From: Octopus sinensis
Taxonomy: Eukaryota
Assembly: GCF_006345805.1 (NCBI RefSeq)
Contig: NW_021825821.1
Coordinates: forward strand, 124,001 to 188,000
DNA: 64,000 nt
Direction: 5' to 3'
In this document: one piece after another, positions 36,095 through 47,639 of the stretch
Position numbering within the stretch: the first letter of the stretch is position 1
Layout of the letters: each line of letters begins with the position of its first letter
Position numbers and translations under genes: made by a program
The notes under the pieces: generated by a model
The model's input: the letters and a program-made list of their open reading frames with translations, nothing else
What the model was told of the DNA's origin: nothing
The model's database searches: none

Positions 36095-37654
36095 CAGTAC
36101 CGGTCATATGTTTTAGACATTTTGAAAAAATCCCAGTGTTTGATTTTTCTAAAGAAAAATCCAATAAAATAAAAGTTTTTTAGTAAGTATTATCTATATT
36201 ATTTATATATTTATCATTTTCATATCTTATCTTCGCTTTATCTTCGACTTCTTCATATGTTTAAGGATTTTGTCGAAATTGGCCCAGTCATATGTTTTAG
36301 ACATTTTATTTAAATTCATTATATTTCAATAAAATTTATACTTTTTTTCTATTTTTCGTATCGGAAACGTGTTTTAAATTAATTTGAAAGCAGTATGCCA
36401 CGACTTTCTGTTGAACAGCGTCATAGAATTGTTTTTATGCGAGAAAATGGTCATACCGTACAGGAAATATCGATTTTACTTGGAATATCCAGATGCGCCG
36501 TAAATCACACTTACCAACGGTATTTGGATGGAAATGGGTTTTACGACAGACCAAAATCTGGAAGAAATTGTATTCTTTCGGCACGTGCTCAAAGGAATCT
36601 TGTACGTGAGTCTCGACGTTTTCCCAAAAAAACAGCGAATGAAATCAGAAAAGACCTAAATATTACGGAAACCGTCAGTGTCGAAACTGTACGAAGAATC
36701 TTACGCAAAAATGAACTTTTCGTAAGAATAGCAGCAAAAAAACCTAGACTTTCAACTAATAATATCAAGAAGAGAAAAATATTCTGCACTAGAAACATTT
36801 CATTCGATTGGAATAAGGTCATTTTTACTGACGAGTGCCGCATCGAATTAATTTCGAAAGCACGAGAATTCGTAAGGAGACCTCCTGGAAATAGATTCAA
36901 TTCGAACTACACAACGAAAACTCAGAAATTCGCACCTTCAATCATGGGTTGGGGCGGTATCAGACACGATGGAAAAGTGCCTTGATATTGTGCGAAGGAA
37001 ATGTAGATTCCGTAGAATATCAACGAATCTTGGAACAAGGGCTTTCTGAGATATATGATGATAACTTTATTTTCCAACAAGATGGTGCATCATGTCATAC
37101 TTCACGGTCTACAAAAAATTATTTGCTTGAAAAAGGAGTGAATATTTTAAACAATTGGCCTGCACAATCGCCAGATCTTAACATAATAGAAAATTGCTGG
37201 CATTATTTAAAGAGCAAAATCAGAAATAGAAACCCTCAGAACGTTAAGCAACTATGGGAGATGGCAAAAGATGAATGGAACAAGATGGGAGATGATTATA
37301 TTCAAAACTTGTATTTGTCGATCCCAAATAGAATACATGATGTAATATCGAAAAAAGGAGATGTAACTAAATACTAACTTGTGTTTTAATTAATAAAAAC
37401 TCGTTTTAACTTTTAAAAATTCCAGATTATGGATGTGCATCGTAAATGTCTAAAACATATGACTGGGCCAGTTTCGACAAAATCTATAAAAAGATCAAGA
37501 TGTCGAAAATACAGTGACGATGAGATTGGGAAAAAATAAATAACTAAAAAAAATGGATAATGCTTAATGAAAAGCATTTTTTAATAAGATTTTTCTTTAG
37601 AAAAATCAAACACTGGGATTTTTTCAGAATGTCTAAAACATATGACCGGTACTG
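36095..37654 (+). mobile_element. Full-length Tc1-family transposon, long IR/DR-type TIRs, TA TSD
   Basis: CAGTACCGGTCATATGTTTTAGACATT at 36095 is inverted at 37654; TA at 36093-94 and 37655-56; inner repeats CCAGTCATATGTTTTAGACATT near 36285 and 37445-37470. Confidence 0.95.
36395..37377 (+). CDS. Tc1 transposase with a single -1 frameshift in an A-run near 36975
   Basis: Paired-type HTH; VIFTDECRI, FQQDGASCH, WPAQSPDLNIIENCW; adding one A to GGAAAAGTGCC joins the two ORFs. Confidence 0.88.
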
Positions 37655-37666
37655 TACAGTTATGTC

Positions 37667-37727
37667 GGTACTTTTGTCGAAGTGAATTATCTTCTAAAAA
37701 AACTGCGACCACTTCGACAAAAGTACC
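37667..37727. mobile_element. 61-bp Merlin-family micro-element (TIRs only) with 8-bp TSD GTTATGTC
   Basis: GGTACTTTTGTCGAAGTG...CACTTCGACAAAAGTACC; TSD at 37659-37666 and 37728-37735; same termini as 38111-39080. Confidence 0.88.
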
Positions 37728-38110
37728 GTTATGTCTTTCTTGATTCCGTATAACAAGAAAGATTATCACCTTTATCATTTTATATATTGTTGTTATAAAT
37801 TATAATTTTCAAATTAAATTAACTAATAATTATCATAAATTAAATATAAACTTGAATTGTTATTATTATTTGTTGATTTGAATCCTTAATTCATTAAATA
37901 CTTGACTAGATGAAAAATAAAACAGAGGAACTTTGACGTAAGACGTGGCTGAACTCCTTACACAAAAATTAGCTATTCAGCTAATCCTGTCCTCACGAAG
38001 TCAACTCAGAAATTTTTAATGCAGCTAAATAATTTTTTCAAATGATTTCAATTAAAAAAAATATTCGCTGTATAGGACGACGTGGAGTATTCTGAGTTAT
38101 ATCCCTTTTG

Positions 38111-39080
38111 GGTACTTTTGTCGAAGTGGTCGCGTTTTTTTAGAAGATAATAAAATTAATTAATTTTTAGTGAAAAATAGATTATTTAATTTATAACCCT
38201 CTATCAATAATTTAAATGGTTATTAAAATTATTTAAAAATTTATTTAACCAATTTAGTCATTTTTAGTACGCGGCATCCAAATCCAGGACTGTAGAAGGA
38301 ATTTATGTCTTTTACAATCTGTGCAAAAGATTCCTTATAGTTCTGTATTTGTTTTCGCCACATAAATTCTGAAAAAAATAACTAACTAAAAAAACCTGCG
38401 AAATAAGATCCCAGATGATGTCTTACAGCTCCTCTTTGAGCTTTATTCTTGCATTTTGCACTTCCCCACATTCGTTCTACTGTCTGGGTGTGCACTCCCG
38501 TCGTTGGATCCACAAAGAATTTTCTGAATATATTATATTTCCTTACTTATGGTTAACGGTTTCGTGTGTGTAGCCGTTTTCAACCAATTGATCAGTTGAA
38601 TACCCTAAATGTTAATCAAATAATGCTAACCTTTCCAGCAGTCACTATAAATAATGCTTCCCACCTCGACATATCGAATTACTAGACTGAGCAGTGTTTC
38701 TCTGCTCCTATCCGCGACTGGTTGCAGAAAACACTAATTCCATCTGATGTCCCTTCGGACATATACGTGATTTTGAAAGGATATCCACATTTTGCAGAAA
38801 AATGCACTGCATCCTCCTTACTTATTGGGAGCTGTCGGAATTTGATGTTGCATAAGTCCACAACAGAATTTTCCATGTGACCTATAGTGCCAGTTTATAT
38901 CAATATTAGGTACATGCTCGCCATAATATTAAAAAAATTAGAAAATAAATTAGTAAAAAATTTAATAATATTTTAATTATTGATAGAGCGACTTAAATAA
39001 AATATAATATATTCCACCTCAAAAATTATTAGATTTTTTAAAAGGCCTAAAAAAACTGCGACCACTTCGACAAAAGTACC
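38111..39080 (-). mobile_element. Non-autonomous Merlin element with 8-bp TSD CCCTTTTG
   Basis: TIR GGTACTTTTGTCGAAGTGGTCGC at both ends; TSD at 38103-38110 and 39081-39088; remnant FVDPTTGVHTQTVERMWGSAK..RG..RHHLGSY on the minus strand. Confidence 0.92.
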
Positions 39081-39207
39081 CCCTTTTGTAAAAAAGAATG
39101 GAATGAGAAAGTCTGTAAAGTATTGGAAAAGACGGCGAAATATTGTGTCGATACGCCTAAAGGGTTCCGTTCACAGTACTGGCCAAAACAGTGCAAATAT
39201 TCTAATT

Positions 39208-40200
39208 CAGGGGTTTCCAAACTTTTGACAACGCGGGCCGGATAGAATATTTGGTAGATGACCGTGGGTCATAGTGTAAAATCAATTAGATTTAATAATG
39301 TTCCTAATTTTTTAACTACGACTAAGAAGACAGAATAACAAAAAAAGATTTAAACATTAGCTTTTAATGAGAATGATGAAACTGACTTTTCGTTTTATAT
39401 ATTTTATTGTAATCAGGCGTCAAGTCTGTTGTCCCGATTATCAAAAGAAACTTTCAGTGCTCATCCGACAAGTTTGCTCGATATTTGGATTTTACATATT
39501 TCATTCTTGAAAATGCTTGTTCAAAAAGGTATGTTGTACCAAAAGTAGATATAAATCCGCATGCGTATCGTTTCAAAATTAGAAACTTATAAGAATTTAA
39601 ATATTTGCAATTTGAGATTTAATTCATTCATATGGCCTGTAATGTCCACGCAAAAAGCCAATCTACAAAGCCATTCTGTGTCTGACAAAAGTGGTTCTTT
39701 TCGGTTTTTCTTTGTGAGAAACAAATCTATTTCCTTTCTTATTTGAAAAATCGTAAAAGAATTTTCCCGCAACTTAACCATCGAATTTCCGTATAATAAG
39801 GTAAGTCTGTAAATTCGCAGTCACATTCTTTAAGAAATTCACGAAACTCACGATGGTTAAGTCCATGAGATCGAACAAAATTGACCATAGAAATAAGGGG
39901 CTTTAAAACGCAAGACATGTCGACATATTTCCCACATTTTCATTAAATTTTCTTTTGAACATTATTTGTTGAGATAATAAAATTCGACGCAGTGATTCAA
40001 ATTTTTCTAAACGGACATCACCTGTTAACTGTGAATATGTTTGTCCATGTTTGGTTTCATAGTGACGTCGAATATTGTATTCTTTCATAACTGCAATTTT
40101 ATCATTGCATATGACACACACATGATTTTTATTGAATTCGATGAAAAAGTATTTAAGGTTCCATTCGTTGTTAAACAAACGGCACTCAGTGTCAATTTTT
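39208..40200 (-). mobile_element. hAT (SPIN/GTF2IRD2-like) remnant with one TIR
   Basis: CAGGGGTTTCCAAACTTT TIR at 39208; FNNEW..YFF..VCVICN..KEYNIRRHYETKH; WLCRLAFCVDITGHMNELNLKLQ. Confidence 0.85.
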
Positions 40201-40399
40201 CATTTAGTTTTACATAAAATATTCATGTTTAGACTCTAAATATATTAATAGTTTAAGAATTTTAAATAAATGGATAGTTATAAGAGTTATAAAGTTAACC
40301 GATAATTACAACGCGAACAACAAAGCAAAAAAAGCAAAAGTATATTTATTTAATTTAATTACGTATTTGATATATTCAAAAAATGTCGTGAGTATCCAT

Positions 40400-40640
40400 C
40401 TACACTTATGCAAAATCCATGGAATAAAAAACCTAAAGAACTTATTTTTCTCCGTCAGTGGAGGAAAACGATCTTGTTAAAATAAGAGTGGACACAACTT
40501 TCAAGACCAACTCAGAAATAAAAAACAACAAACCGGACATAGTCGTCCTAGACAAGACACGGAACTTGATAGCTCTAATCGAAGTTGGAATAATGTCGCA
40601 GACTTCAGAATGAACTCTCCTTAAATGAAGGGGTAAAACC
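40400..40640 (+). mobile_element. R4/Dong-like RLE fragment
   Basis: RVDTTFKTNSEIKNNKPDIVVLDK..LIEVGI. Confidence 0.7.
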
Positions 40641-41019
40641 CCTAGCACTGTACGGATCATACCCTAAGGTTATTTTTAATTGCATAATCTTTTCCTAGTC
40701 GATAATTCTCTATTCGCACAGTGATTCAGGTAAGCAAGCCCGCCTCTTTTCTTTCGAGGTACTGTCAGGCACTGGCGGTGTTGTCGACACACTTATTTGG
40801 TGATAAATCTCTTATTATTTTGTCCAATTCAAGTGTTCTTTCGCACGATTTGACTTTGTTTCTATAATAAACAATCATGCTCTCAAGGGTTTTTTTTGCG
40901 TTCTCTCACTAATGTTAACCGAACGTGCATGCTGTAGAAATTTTCAAGTTACCAGTCTATCACATGTTGATAAAATAGGTGTTATTTTCACTCTCGCATG
41001 ATAAATTAATTCCAGCTCT

Positions 41020-41450
41020 TTGGGTAAAAAGTCATATTTTCTAATTTTTTCGAATCTCTGTTTGTTGTAAATTTTGGGAATATGTTATTCCAACTTCAAC
41101 AAACAAAATTTAAATTCTTTAATTTCGAAAACAAACAAATCGGGTTTGTTATGTTCCAAAACGATGTCAGTCTTTATAAATGTGTTCACCCTGAGTTAAC
41201 CTTCGAATTCGCCGAAACAGATTCAAATGAAGTTTTTTGAGTTTTCTCTTATTCTTGAGTCCAAATTCTTGACAAAAATAAAAGTGTATGCATCTCACTA
41301 CTTCATCATGCCTCCTGTGATAACATCTTTTCACATCTAGTAACATAGTGGTCGACGGTCTTCTTCCATCTCATGCAGTGGGAACACGTTGAGTTATGTT
41401 CTTCAAAAAATTAATTTCTATCTTGCACAAGAAAGAATAAGCCTTTAGTC
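41020..41450 (-). mobile_element. R4/Dong-like RLE fragment
   Basis: RVNTFIKTDIVLEHNKPDLFVF..EKIRKYDFL..EL..IY. Confidence 0.65.
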
Positions 41451-41999
41451 GGCAAGGAGTTATTGCCTTTGGCTAGCCAGTGACTGGAGTTTTTAACATT
41501 CACAAAATCCTCCTTAGCAATTTTTTATAGAATGAAATGAAAAATTTTTTATAAAATCTGGTTTATTAGATACTTTTTGGGGCACCGAACACAATTTTTT
41601 TATTAACTACAACTGATTCTTCAAGTAGATATTTGTGCTTCAAGTATTCTTCAATAATGCCCAGATGAGTTCTTCCAACATTTCTGTTTGAAAAATCGAT
41701 ATTCTAATAAAATTAAAATTCGACTATAAGTATTTTTACCAGGAAAGCAAATTTTAATATTATAACACGTTGCATGCTTTACGATTGGATTTGGACATCT
41801 GGAAAGCACATATGGCAGAATTCTTAATGCAATCAAAATGTAAGTGAATTGACAATTTCGGACCTGATGAAAATCCAACATGAATATTTGTGAAAAAAAT
41901 CAAAAAGAAGCCCTTGGACTCTATTTTGTTCCAATGTCTAAAGAATACTGAAGTTGATGTTAATGAGGCTAATTGCTAATTTCCGAGGATTGAAGCAAG

Positions 42000-42400
42000 C
42001 CTGTGTCTGCTGCAAGACCGAAACTTGTTTTCAATAAAAGAGAACATAAATGTAGCCACTCCCACTCATCCAAAAAAACCGTTGACCACCTTACCACCGG
42101 ATGTGGGCGAATGCTTAACGGTTCATATCTCAGACGCCATCCAGTTTGTTTTGATAATCGAGGAGTAAAGGGTGATGCTCACAACAAAATCTTGCGAGTA
42201 CGACCCGATTTTTGCGGCTGAGATCCTTTTCAGCTGAGTTTATTTTTTCAGAGTGGGGATTGTTGATGATATTGTTTGTGGTTAGTGGTTCAAAGATGAT
42301 TTTTTGTTATTTTATTTCAGATGGTTTTTTGTTGGAGAATGAGTTTAAGATGCGGCAGTAGTTGAGTGATAACTGTTTCCAAAAACGATTAGAACAGGTA
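42000..42400. mobile_element. Junction of an R4-like CCHC fragment (+, 42000-42140) and an I-clade LINE 3' fragment (-, 42140-42400)
   Basis: KCSH..KKTVDHLTTGCGRMLNGSYLRRH; 42140-42240 is DNA-similar to 62715-62830. Confidence 0.7.
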
Positions 42401-42984
42401 TTATCAAAGAGATTGATATCTGCAAACTATCCAACACGAACATACACAAGAACCTTACCTGAAATGGGAGCGCGGATCATTGAGCGTTTAATATTTACTT
42501 CAGCTTTATGAATTTCTATGGATGGATTCTATGAATAGAAATGACATGAGGTCTGGAGGTACAAGAGGATGTTTGCTCTTCAATATGCTGATTAAATTTT
42601 TGGGCAATGTGAGTACGCAGCCATGTCCTAAGAGGAATCGAATGGCTGTTAGATTCAGTGAAAACAATGCAACTTGATCTTGTTTCAATCAAGATTATAG
42701 AATTAATACTCCTATCCGAAAAAGATATGCATTACACATTTAGTATTCAAGGAACGTGATTGGAAGGTTCCACAGTATACCTAGTATTGAGTATCCGTTT
42801 TATCTATCTATGGAGTTTCGGAAAGCAAATGATCCTTAAATGCATGTGTCATGTGAATTGGAACGAACAGACAAACGTCAAATAGGCTATGTACCTTTAA
42901 AGAAATATGTGCTGAAAACCTCGATGCTCCTAAATCAATAATTAGTTTTAATTAAGTAAATATTAAATGTTTAAATGAAATAAA

Positions 42985-43140
42985 GAAAGTCGTAGAAGTA
43001 AATAAGAGTATGTTTTCTAAGAGAAAGAATAATTCAGGCCGAATTTCGCTCAACAATTTTTGTTTAGAGTAGTGTACCGTAAAACCAATAAATTCTTTTT
43101 GAAGATGGTGCCTGACAAGTACAGAGCAACGTATATTGAT
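42985..43140 (+). mobile_element. Merlin transposase fragment
   Basis: VVEVNKSMFSKRKNNSGR..FFLKMVPD. Confidence 0.6.
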
Positions 43141-43167
43141 TCATGCCATATTTTAAGGACAAATAAA

Positions 43168-43286
43168 ATGTACGATCATACTTACTCGTAAATACCCGTT
43201 CCCATCCGAACACGGAAGTTAAGCGATTACAGGCTGTTTAAGTACTTGGCTGGGTGACCGCCTGGGAACTAACAGTGTCGTACATT
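43168..43286 (+). rRNA. 5S rRNA gene, apparently intact (119 nt), followed by a T5 Pol III terminator at 43291-43295
   Basis: 5' ATGTACGA pairs with 3' TCGTACAT; conserved CATCCGAAC.CGGAAGTTAAGC and AGTACTTGG.TGGGTGACCGCCTGGGAA. Confidence 0.95.
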
Positions 43287-43918
43287 ACTGTTTTTGTCGA
43301 TATTAGTTATTTTCTCATGATGGCAAAATGAGGTTAAACATTTAGTTAGAGGATTAAGATATCAGGATTTAGGCCCCACTACGTCACAGATTCCCCTTTA
43401 CACTTGGCCAAAAATGTTGATGCAGTTTTTCTAGAGATCAATTTCGATACCACTCTTTGCCATCTGAACTCTAGCTGTATATTTTTTACCTAGAACGTCG
43501 TTCTCAAAAATAACTAGCCTCTCACTTTCGGGTAGTGATTGTTGAGATTTTTAATCAAAATTAAAATAGATAGATAAAGAATATATTTTTCATTCAAAGT
43601 TTGTTTAAAGTTTGCATGAACACATATTTTAAAGATCAAAGATAAAAACGACAGTACTATCTTTTCCAATGTCAGAAGAAAATCCTTTAAAAAGTATTAT
43701 TTTTATGTGCCAATTATAAATTTAAGTTTTTCTTTATGTTGATTTAAATTAGTTTTTGTTTATTTATTTAATTATTTTAAAAAGTTCTGGTCCCCCTACC
43801 CATCCGGCCAAGTAGCCATTTTTTGTAACTCGATATCTGATAAAAATAACAGTTTTAATTTGTATTACTTAAAATTGTTGAAAGTACATCTGAAAAAATT
43901 GAAACATTAAAAACAAAT

Positions 43919-46720
43919 ATGTCTATGGTAAATAATTTTCCTAATATGACTGCAAAAAGTACGGAGTGGAAAAAAACCCTTGATGTCTTATGTTCATATG
44001 GCTATAAAAAGTCAAAAAAAGGAGAGTTTGCTAGAATCTCAATTTTAATTTCCGACAAAATAAAGATCCTGGAAAAGAAATTACGTACTCATGAATCCAG
44101 GAAGTTATTTGGAAGGGATAATTATTGTTTCGAGTTGAATCGAAGAGCCTTTTATAGAAGAGTGAATGGGACTAACATAGCTAGTGAATATGGGTTTGGT
44201 AATGATGAATGTTTAAAGTTCTGGAATGGTATTTGGGATCAGAAACCACTTCCAGATACTCAAATTAGCATCACTAAACGGATTACTGGAGCTGAGATGT
44301 ACCCAGCAGTATTTGATGAGGAATATATTTTGGAAACTGTTAAACAACTACCTAATTGGAGAGCCTGTGGGTGTGACGGAGTTTATAATTTTTTCATCAA
44401 GAAATTTGATGCATTGCATGAGCATTTGCATAAGGTGATTGTGGATGTCATTAATGGAAAATGTATTCCAGGGGATTGGTTTTATACTGGGATTACCTAT
44501 CTTTTACCTAAAAAGGAATTTTGTGAGACGCCCAAAGATTTACGACCAATTACATGCATGCCGAACTTATACAAACTGATAACAAAATGTGTCAATAAGA
44601 AACTCAGTGATTTTGTTGACACGTTCCAAATAATCTCAGATAACCAACTAGGAACGAGAAAAATGTGTCAGGGTGCTAAAGAACAAGCCCTAATAAATCA
44701 GTGTATTAACCAAGAATATGACAACTCTTTATATTCAGCATGGATAGACGTCCAAAAAGCGTTTGATTCAGTAAGCCATGAATTTCTATTTAAAATTCTG
44801 GAGTGCTGTGGACTTCCTTGTTGGATTATTAGTTTTATTCGTACTTTGGTTACAAAATGGCAAATTAAACTGAATTTTAATAGAAATGAAATTGGAACAG
44901 TTAAAATATCAAGAGGAATTCTGCAAGGGGACTCTTTGTCTCCACAGCTATTTGTTTTGGTGATGGATCCTTTGAGTAGGATATTAACTGGAAAATACCC
45001 AACAGTGCATATTAGCCAGTCTAGTCCATTGATGATTACCTATGTCACTAATCATTTGCTTTTTATGGACGATCTAAAAATATTTGCCAAGGAAGAGGCC
45101 ACGATTATTAAGATGATGCATGATATTGAATTATTTTTTGAATCAGCAGGACTCAATAAAAACATTGAAAAGTCGGCTACTAATGTTGAATGTTTATCAA
45201 AGGAAGCAAAATATTTGGATGGAACTGAAGGTTATCGATACCTTGGAGTGTTGGAGGATAAATGGAGTAATACTCTAAAACAGGAAATTTTAGAAAAGAT
45301 TTCCGATGAAGTTAAAAAAAGAATTAAGGGTTTGGCAAGCACAAAACTGAATGCAGTAAATATGTTCAAAGCAATTAACGAATCCGCACTATCACTTTAC
45401 AATTATTATATTGGACTAATCAACATTGAACCACATGAGTTTGAGGATATTGATGTTGATGTTCGGCGTATTCTTTATGAGACAAAACTTCATTTAAAGC
45501 CTGCAAATAAAGAGAGGCTATATTTACCAAGAGATAAACTTGGAAGAGGGCTCACTTCAATCGTGTTTAGAAGTGAATGCATGTTGTTTCAATTCCTTTA
45601 TGATTTGGAAAGAAAATCTAATGTGTGTCTGAGAAAAGCTGGAATTCTGCGGGCTGTCAATTCAAAGAAAACACATATGGCCACGATCGCGGGATTCCTA
45701 ACCCAGAAGTATAACTTGGATGATAATTCCTCTGACATGGATGTACGGAAACTTAAAAATGCTCAAATTGAATGGTTATTGACGAAAATTAACAGTAAAT
45801 CTCTTCATTCTATGTTATTCAAATGTTTAAAAGACTTGAATGTTGATACTGCATCATCGTCGGGCTGGCTTGCAAAAGGGAATAATAGTCCAAGAGCCGA
45901 AGCATTGTATTGCCTTTTACAGGACCGAAACTTGTTCTTTGAGGAAAAAGGATCAAATTGCAGTCATTGTAAATCTGCCAAAAAAACAGTCGATCATTTG
46001 GCAACGAGATGCAATAGAATGTTAAATAGTGATTATATACGCCGTCACAATGAGGTGGTGAGATGTCTCCATTTAAATCTGTGTCGTAAATATGGAATCA
46101 CATATTTAAAGAAACTGAAGACTCACTCAGTCCAATCAATAGTAACAACTGAGAATGTTGAAATCAGAGTCGATACGACGCTGATGACAGACATCAAAGT
46201 ACAACATAACAAGCCGGACATATTTGTTTTCGATAAAAGAACAAGGGAGATTACTTTAGTAGAGGTCGGAATCACTTCTCAGGAGATGCTGAAGGTGGTT
46301 GAGGTTGAAAAACTTCATAAATACGACCTCCTCGCTGGAGAGTTGTCCCAAATATACAAAGCGAAAGTTAAAATTGTCCCTATTGTTATGACTTGGGAGG
46401 GAATTGTGAGTAAATTCTACAAATCATATATGGATTTTTTAGGTGTGGATACTATTCCGAGGGCATATATTCAATCTATTGTACTAAAGAAAACTCTTGA
46501 AAGCATGTTAGTGGAGCACCGACATGGGATGAACTTTCAAGAGAGTAATGTTAGTGAAGTCATTCATTTTCTACAACGAAAATCTCTACAACAATTTGAG
46601 GACGACGAAATCGTGCCCATGGAACAACAATCCTGGAGTGAGGATCAGATTGGTGATGGTCGACAAGAGATTGCAGTTAGAGAGCTAAGGAATGGCTCAA
46701 AAAGAAAAAGAATGAATTAA
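43919..46720 (+). CDS. R2-superfamily (R4/Dong-like) non-LTR retrotransposon ORF: RT, CCHC and restriction-like endonuclease; 933 aa uninterrupted
   Basis: LRPITCMPNLYK, WIDVQKAFDSV, RGILQGDSLSP, FMDD, YRYLGV, ERLYLPR..GRGL, C-x2-C-x8-H-x4-C, KPDIFVFD..VEVGIT..EKLHKYDLL. Confidence 0.93.
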   Translation: MSMVNNFPNMTAKSTEWKKTLDVLCSYGYKKSKKGEFARISILISDKIKILEKKLRTHESRKLFGRDNYCFELNRRAFYRRVNGTNIASEYGFGNDECLKFWNGIWDQKPLPDTQISITKRITGAEMYPAVFDEEYILETVKQLPNWRACGCDGVYNFFIKKFDALHEHLHKVIVDVINGKCIPGDWFYTGITYLLPKKEFCETPKDLRPITCMPNLYKLITKCVNKKLSDFVDTFQIISDNQLGTRKMCQGAKEQALINQCINQEYDNSLYSAWIDVQKAFDSVSHEFLFKILECCGLPCWIISFIRTLVTKWQIKLNFNRNEIGTVKISRGILQGDSLSPQLFVLVMDPLSRILTGKYPTVHISQSSPLMITYVTNHLLFMDDLKIFAKEEATIIKMMHDIELFFESAGLNKNIEKSATNVECLSKEAKYLDGTEGYRYLGVLEDKWSNTLKQEILEKISDEVKKRIKGLASTKLNAVNMFKAINESALSLYNYYIGLINIEPHEFEDIDVDVRRILYETKLHLKPANKERLYLPRDKLGRGLTSIVFRSECMLFQFLYDLERKSNVCLRKAGILRAVNSKKTHMATIAGFLTQKYNLDDNSSDMDVRKLKNAQIEWLLTKINSKSLHSMLFKCLKDLNVDTASSSGWLAKGNNSPRAEALYCLLQDRNLFFEEKGSNCSHCKSAKKTVDHLATRCNRMLNSDYIRRHNEVVRCLHLNLCRKYGITYLKKLKTHSVQSIVTTENVEIRVDTTLMTDIKVQHNKPDIFVFDKRTREITLVEVGITSQEMLKVVEVEKLHKYDLLAGELSQIYKAKVKIVPIVMTWEGIVSKFYKSYMDFLGVDTIPRAYIQSIVLKKTLESMLVEHRHGMNFQESNVSEVIHFLQRKSLQQFEDDEIVPMEQQSWSEDQIGDGRQEIAVRELRNGSKRKRMN

Positions 46721-47329
46721 TACGTCAAATCAATATTAAATAGATCCGAATTAACATTTATTAAATAAAATTTTACTTAAAATTATTTTTAATAAACATA
46801 TTTCTATTCTTAGGGGATCCAGGTACCTTCAATATGTGGAGGAATTTTGTAGGGAAGTAACAAATAAAATTTATGATTACTTTATTGACCAAGACTCTAT
46901 CTTAATGATACTCTTATCACTAGTAAAAACTCTATTTGATGTATTTACTTTGTGGATTCTCAAGTTGCCTTCGTGGTTTATCCAATTTGTTGCAACTGTG
47001 ATAAACAGGTGGAATGTGCATCTGTAACATTTCGCATACTTAATGGGATTAACACCAAACTAAGTGGAATCAATAGATAACTAAATAGGATTAAAACCAG
47101 AAAATTCTTTGTTCAAAATTTAATGTCAACTATTTTTAGGTAGCAGAATGGCTGAGAACTCGTCGCTAAATGTCTTGATTCCGAGTTCTATTCCCAGAAG
47201 CTGCCTGTGCCGGAAGCTACTCCGAATGGGAAGTTGAGTTTCGTAGTCTTATTCACCTGCACCGCAATAAAAAGAAACTATAAGACAATAATAACTAATG
47301 GATTTCCTACTTCGGAATTAATTAAAAAT

Positions 47330-47620
47330 GGGACGCGACATGCTCTGACACATTTTATCCGAACAACCTGATCTCGTCATTTGCCGAGCCTGGATCGGCG
47401 GCCAAACTCGCGGAGTTCAGAAAATTGAGAAAATACTCGTCTCTGGCCAGAAATCATATTTTTGAGCCAATAGACATCGCGGGTAATCGGTTCGGAAACA
47501 CTTTCTTTCCTTCGTCGCTTTGGGACGAAGATCGCCAAGAAAAGCAAAAACCCCAACGAGACTCGTCATCTTCTCCATCCAAATTTTTGTTTAATTTCGT
47601 GAGACGTAATTTTTGAGATG
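47330..47620 (+). mobile_element. CRE-like RLE fragment
   Basis: CSDTFYPNNL..AEPGSAAKLAE.RKLRKYSSLARNHIFEPI. Confidence 0.65.
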
Positions 47621-47639
47621 GTAACGTATTTAATTGAAC

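Noticed and set aside
42450-42500. U1 snRNA-like CTTACCTG...GGATCATTGA
   Set aside because: Only the 5' octamer and a weak loop match; there is no stem-loop II-IV or Sm site.
43287-43918. 5S-specific insertion of the RLE element
   Set aside because: The 5S gene and its terminator are intact and the ORF starts about 630 bp away; no target junction is visible, so this stays a hypothesis only.
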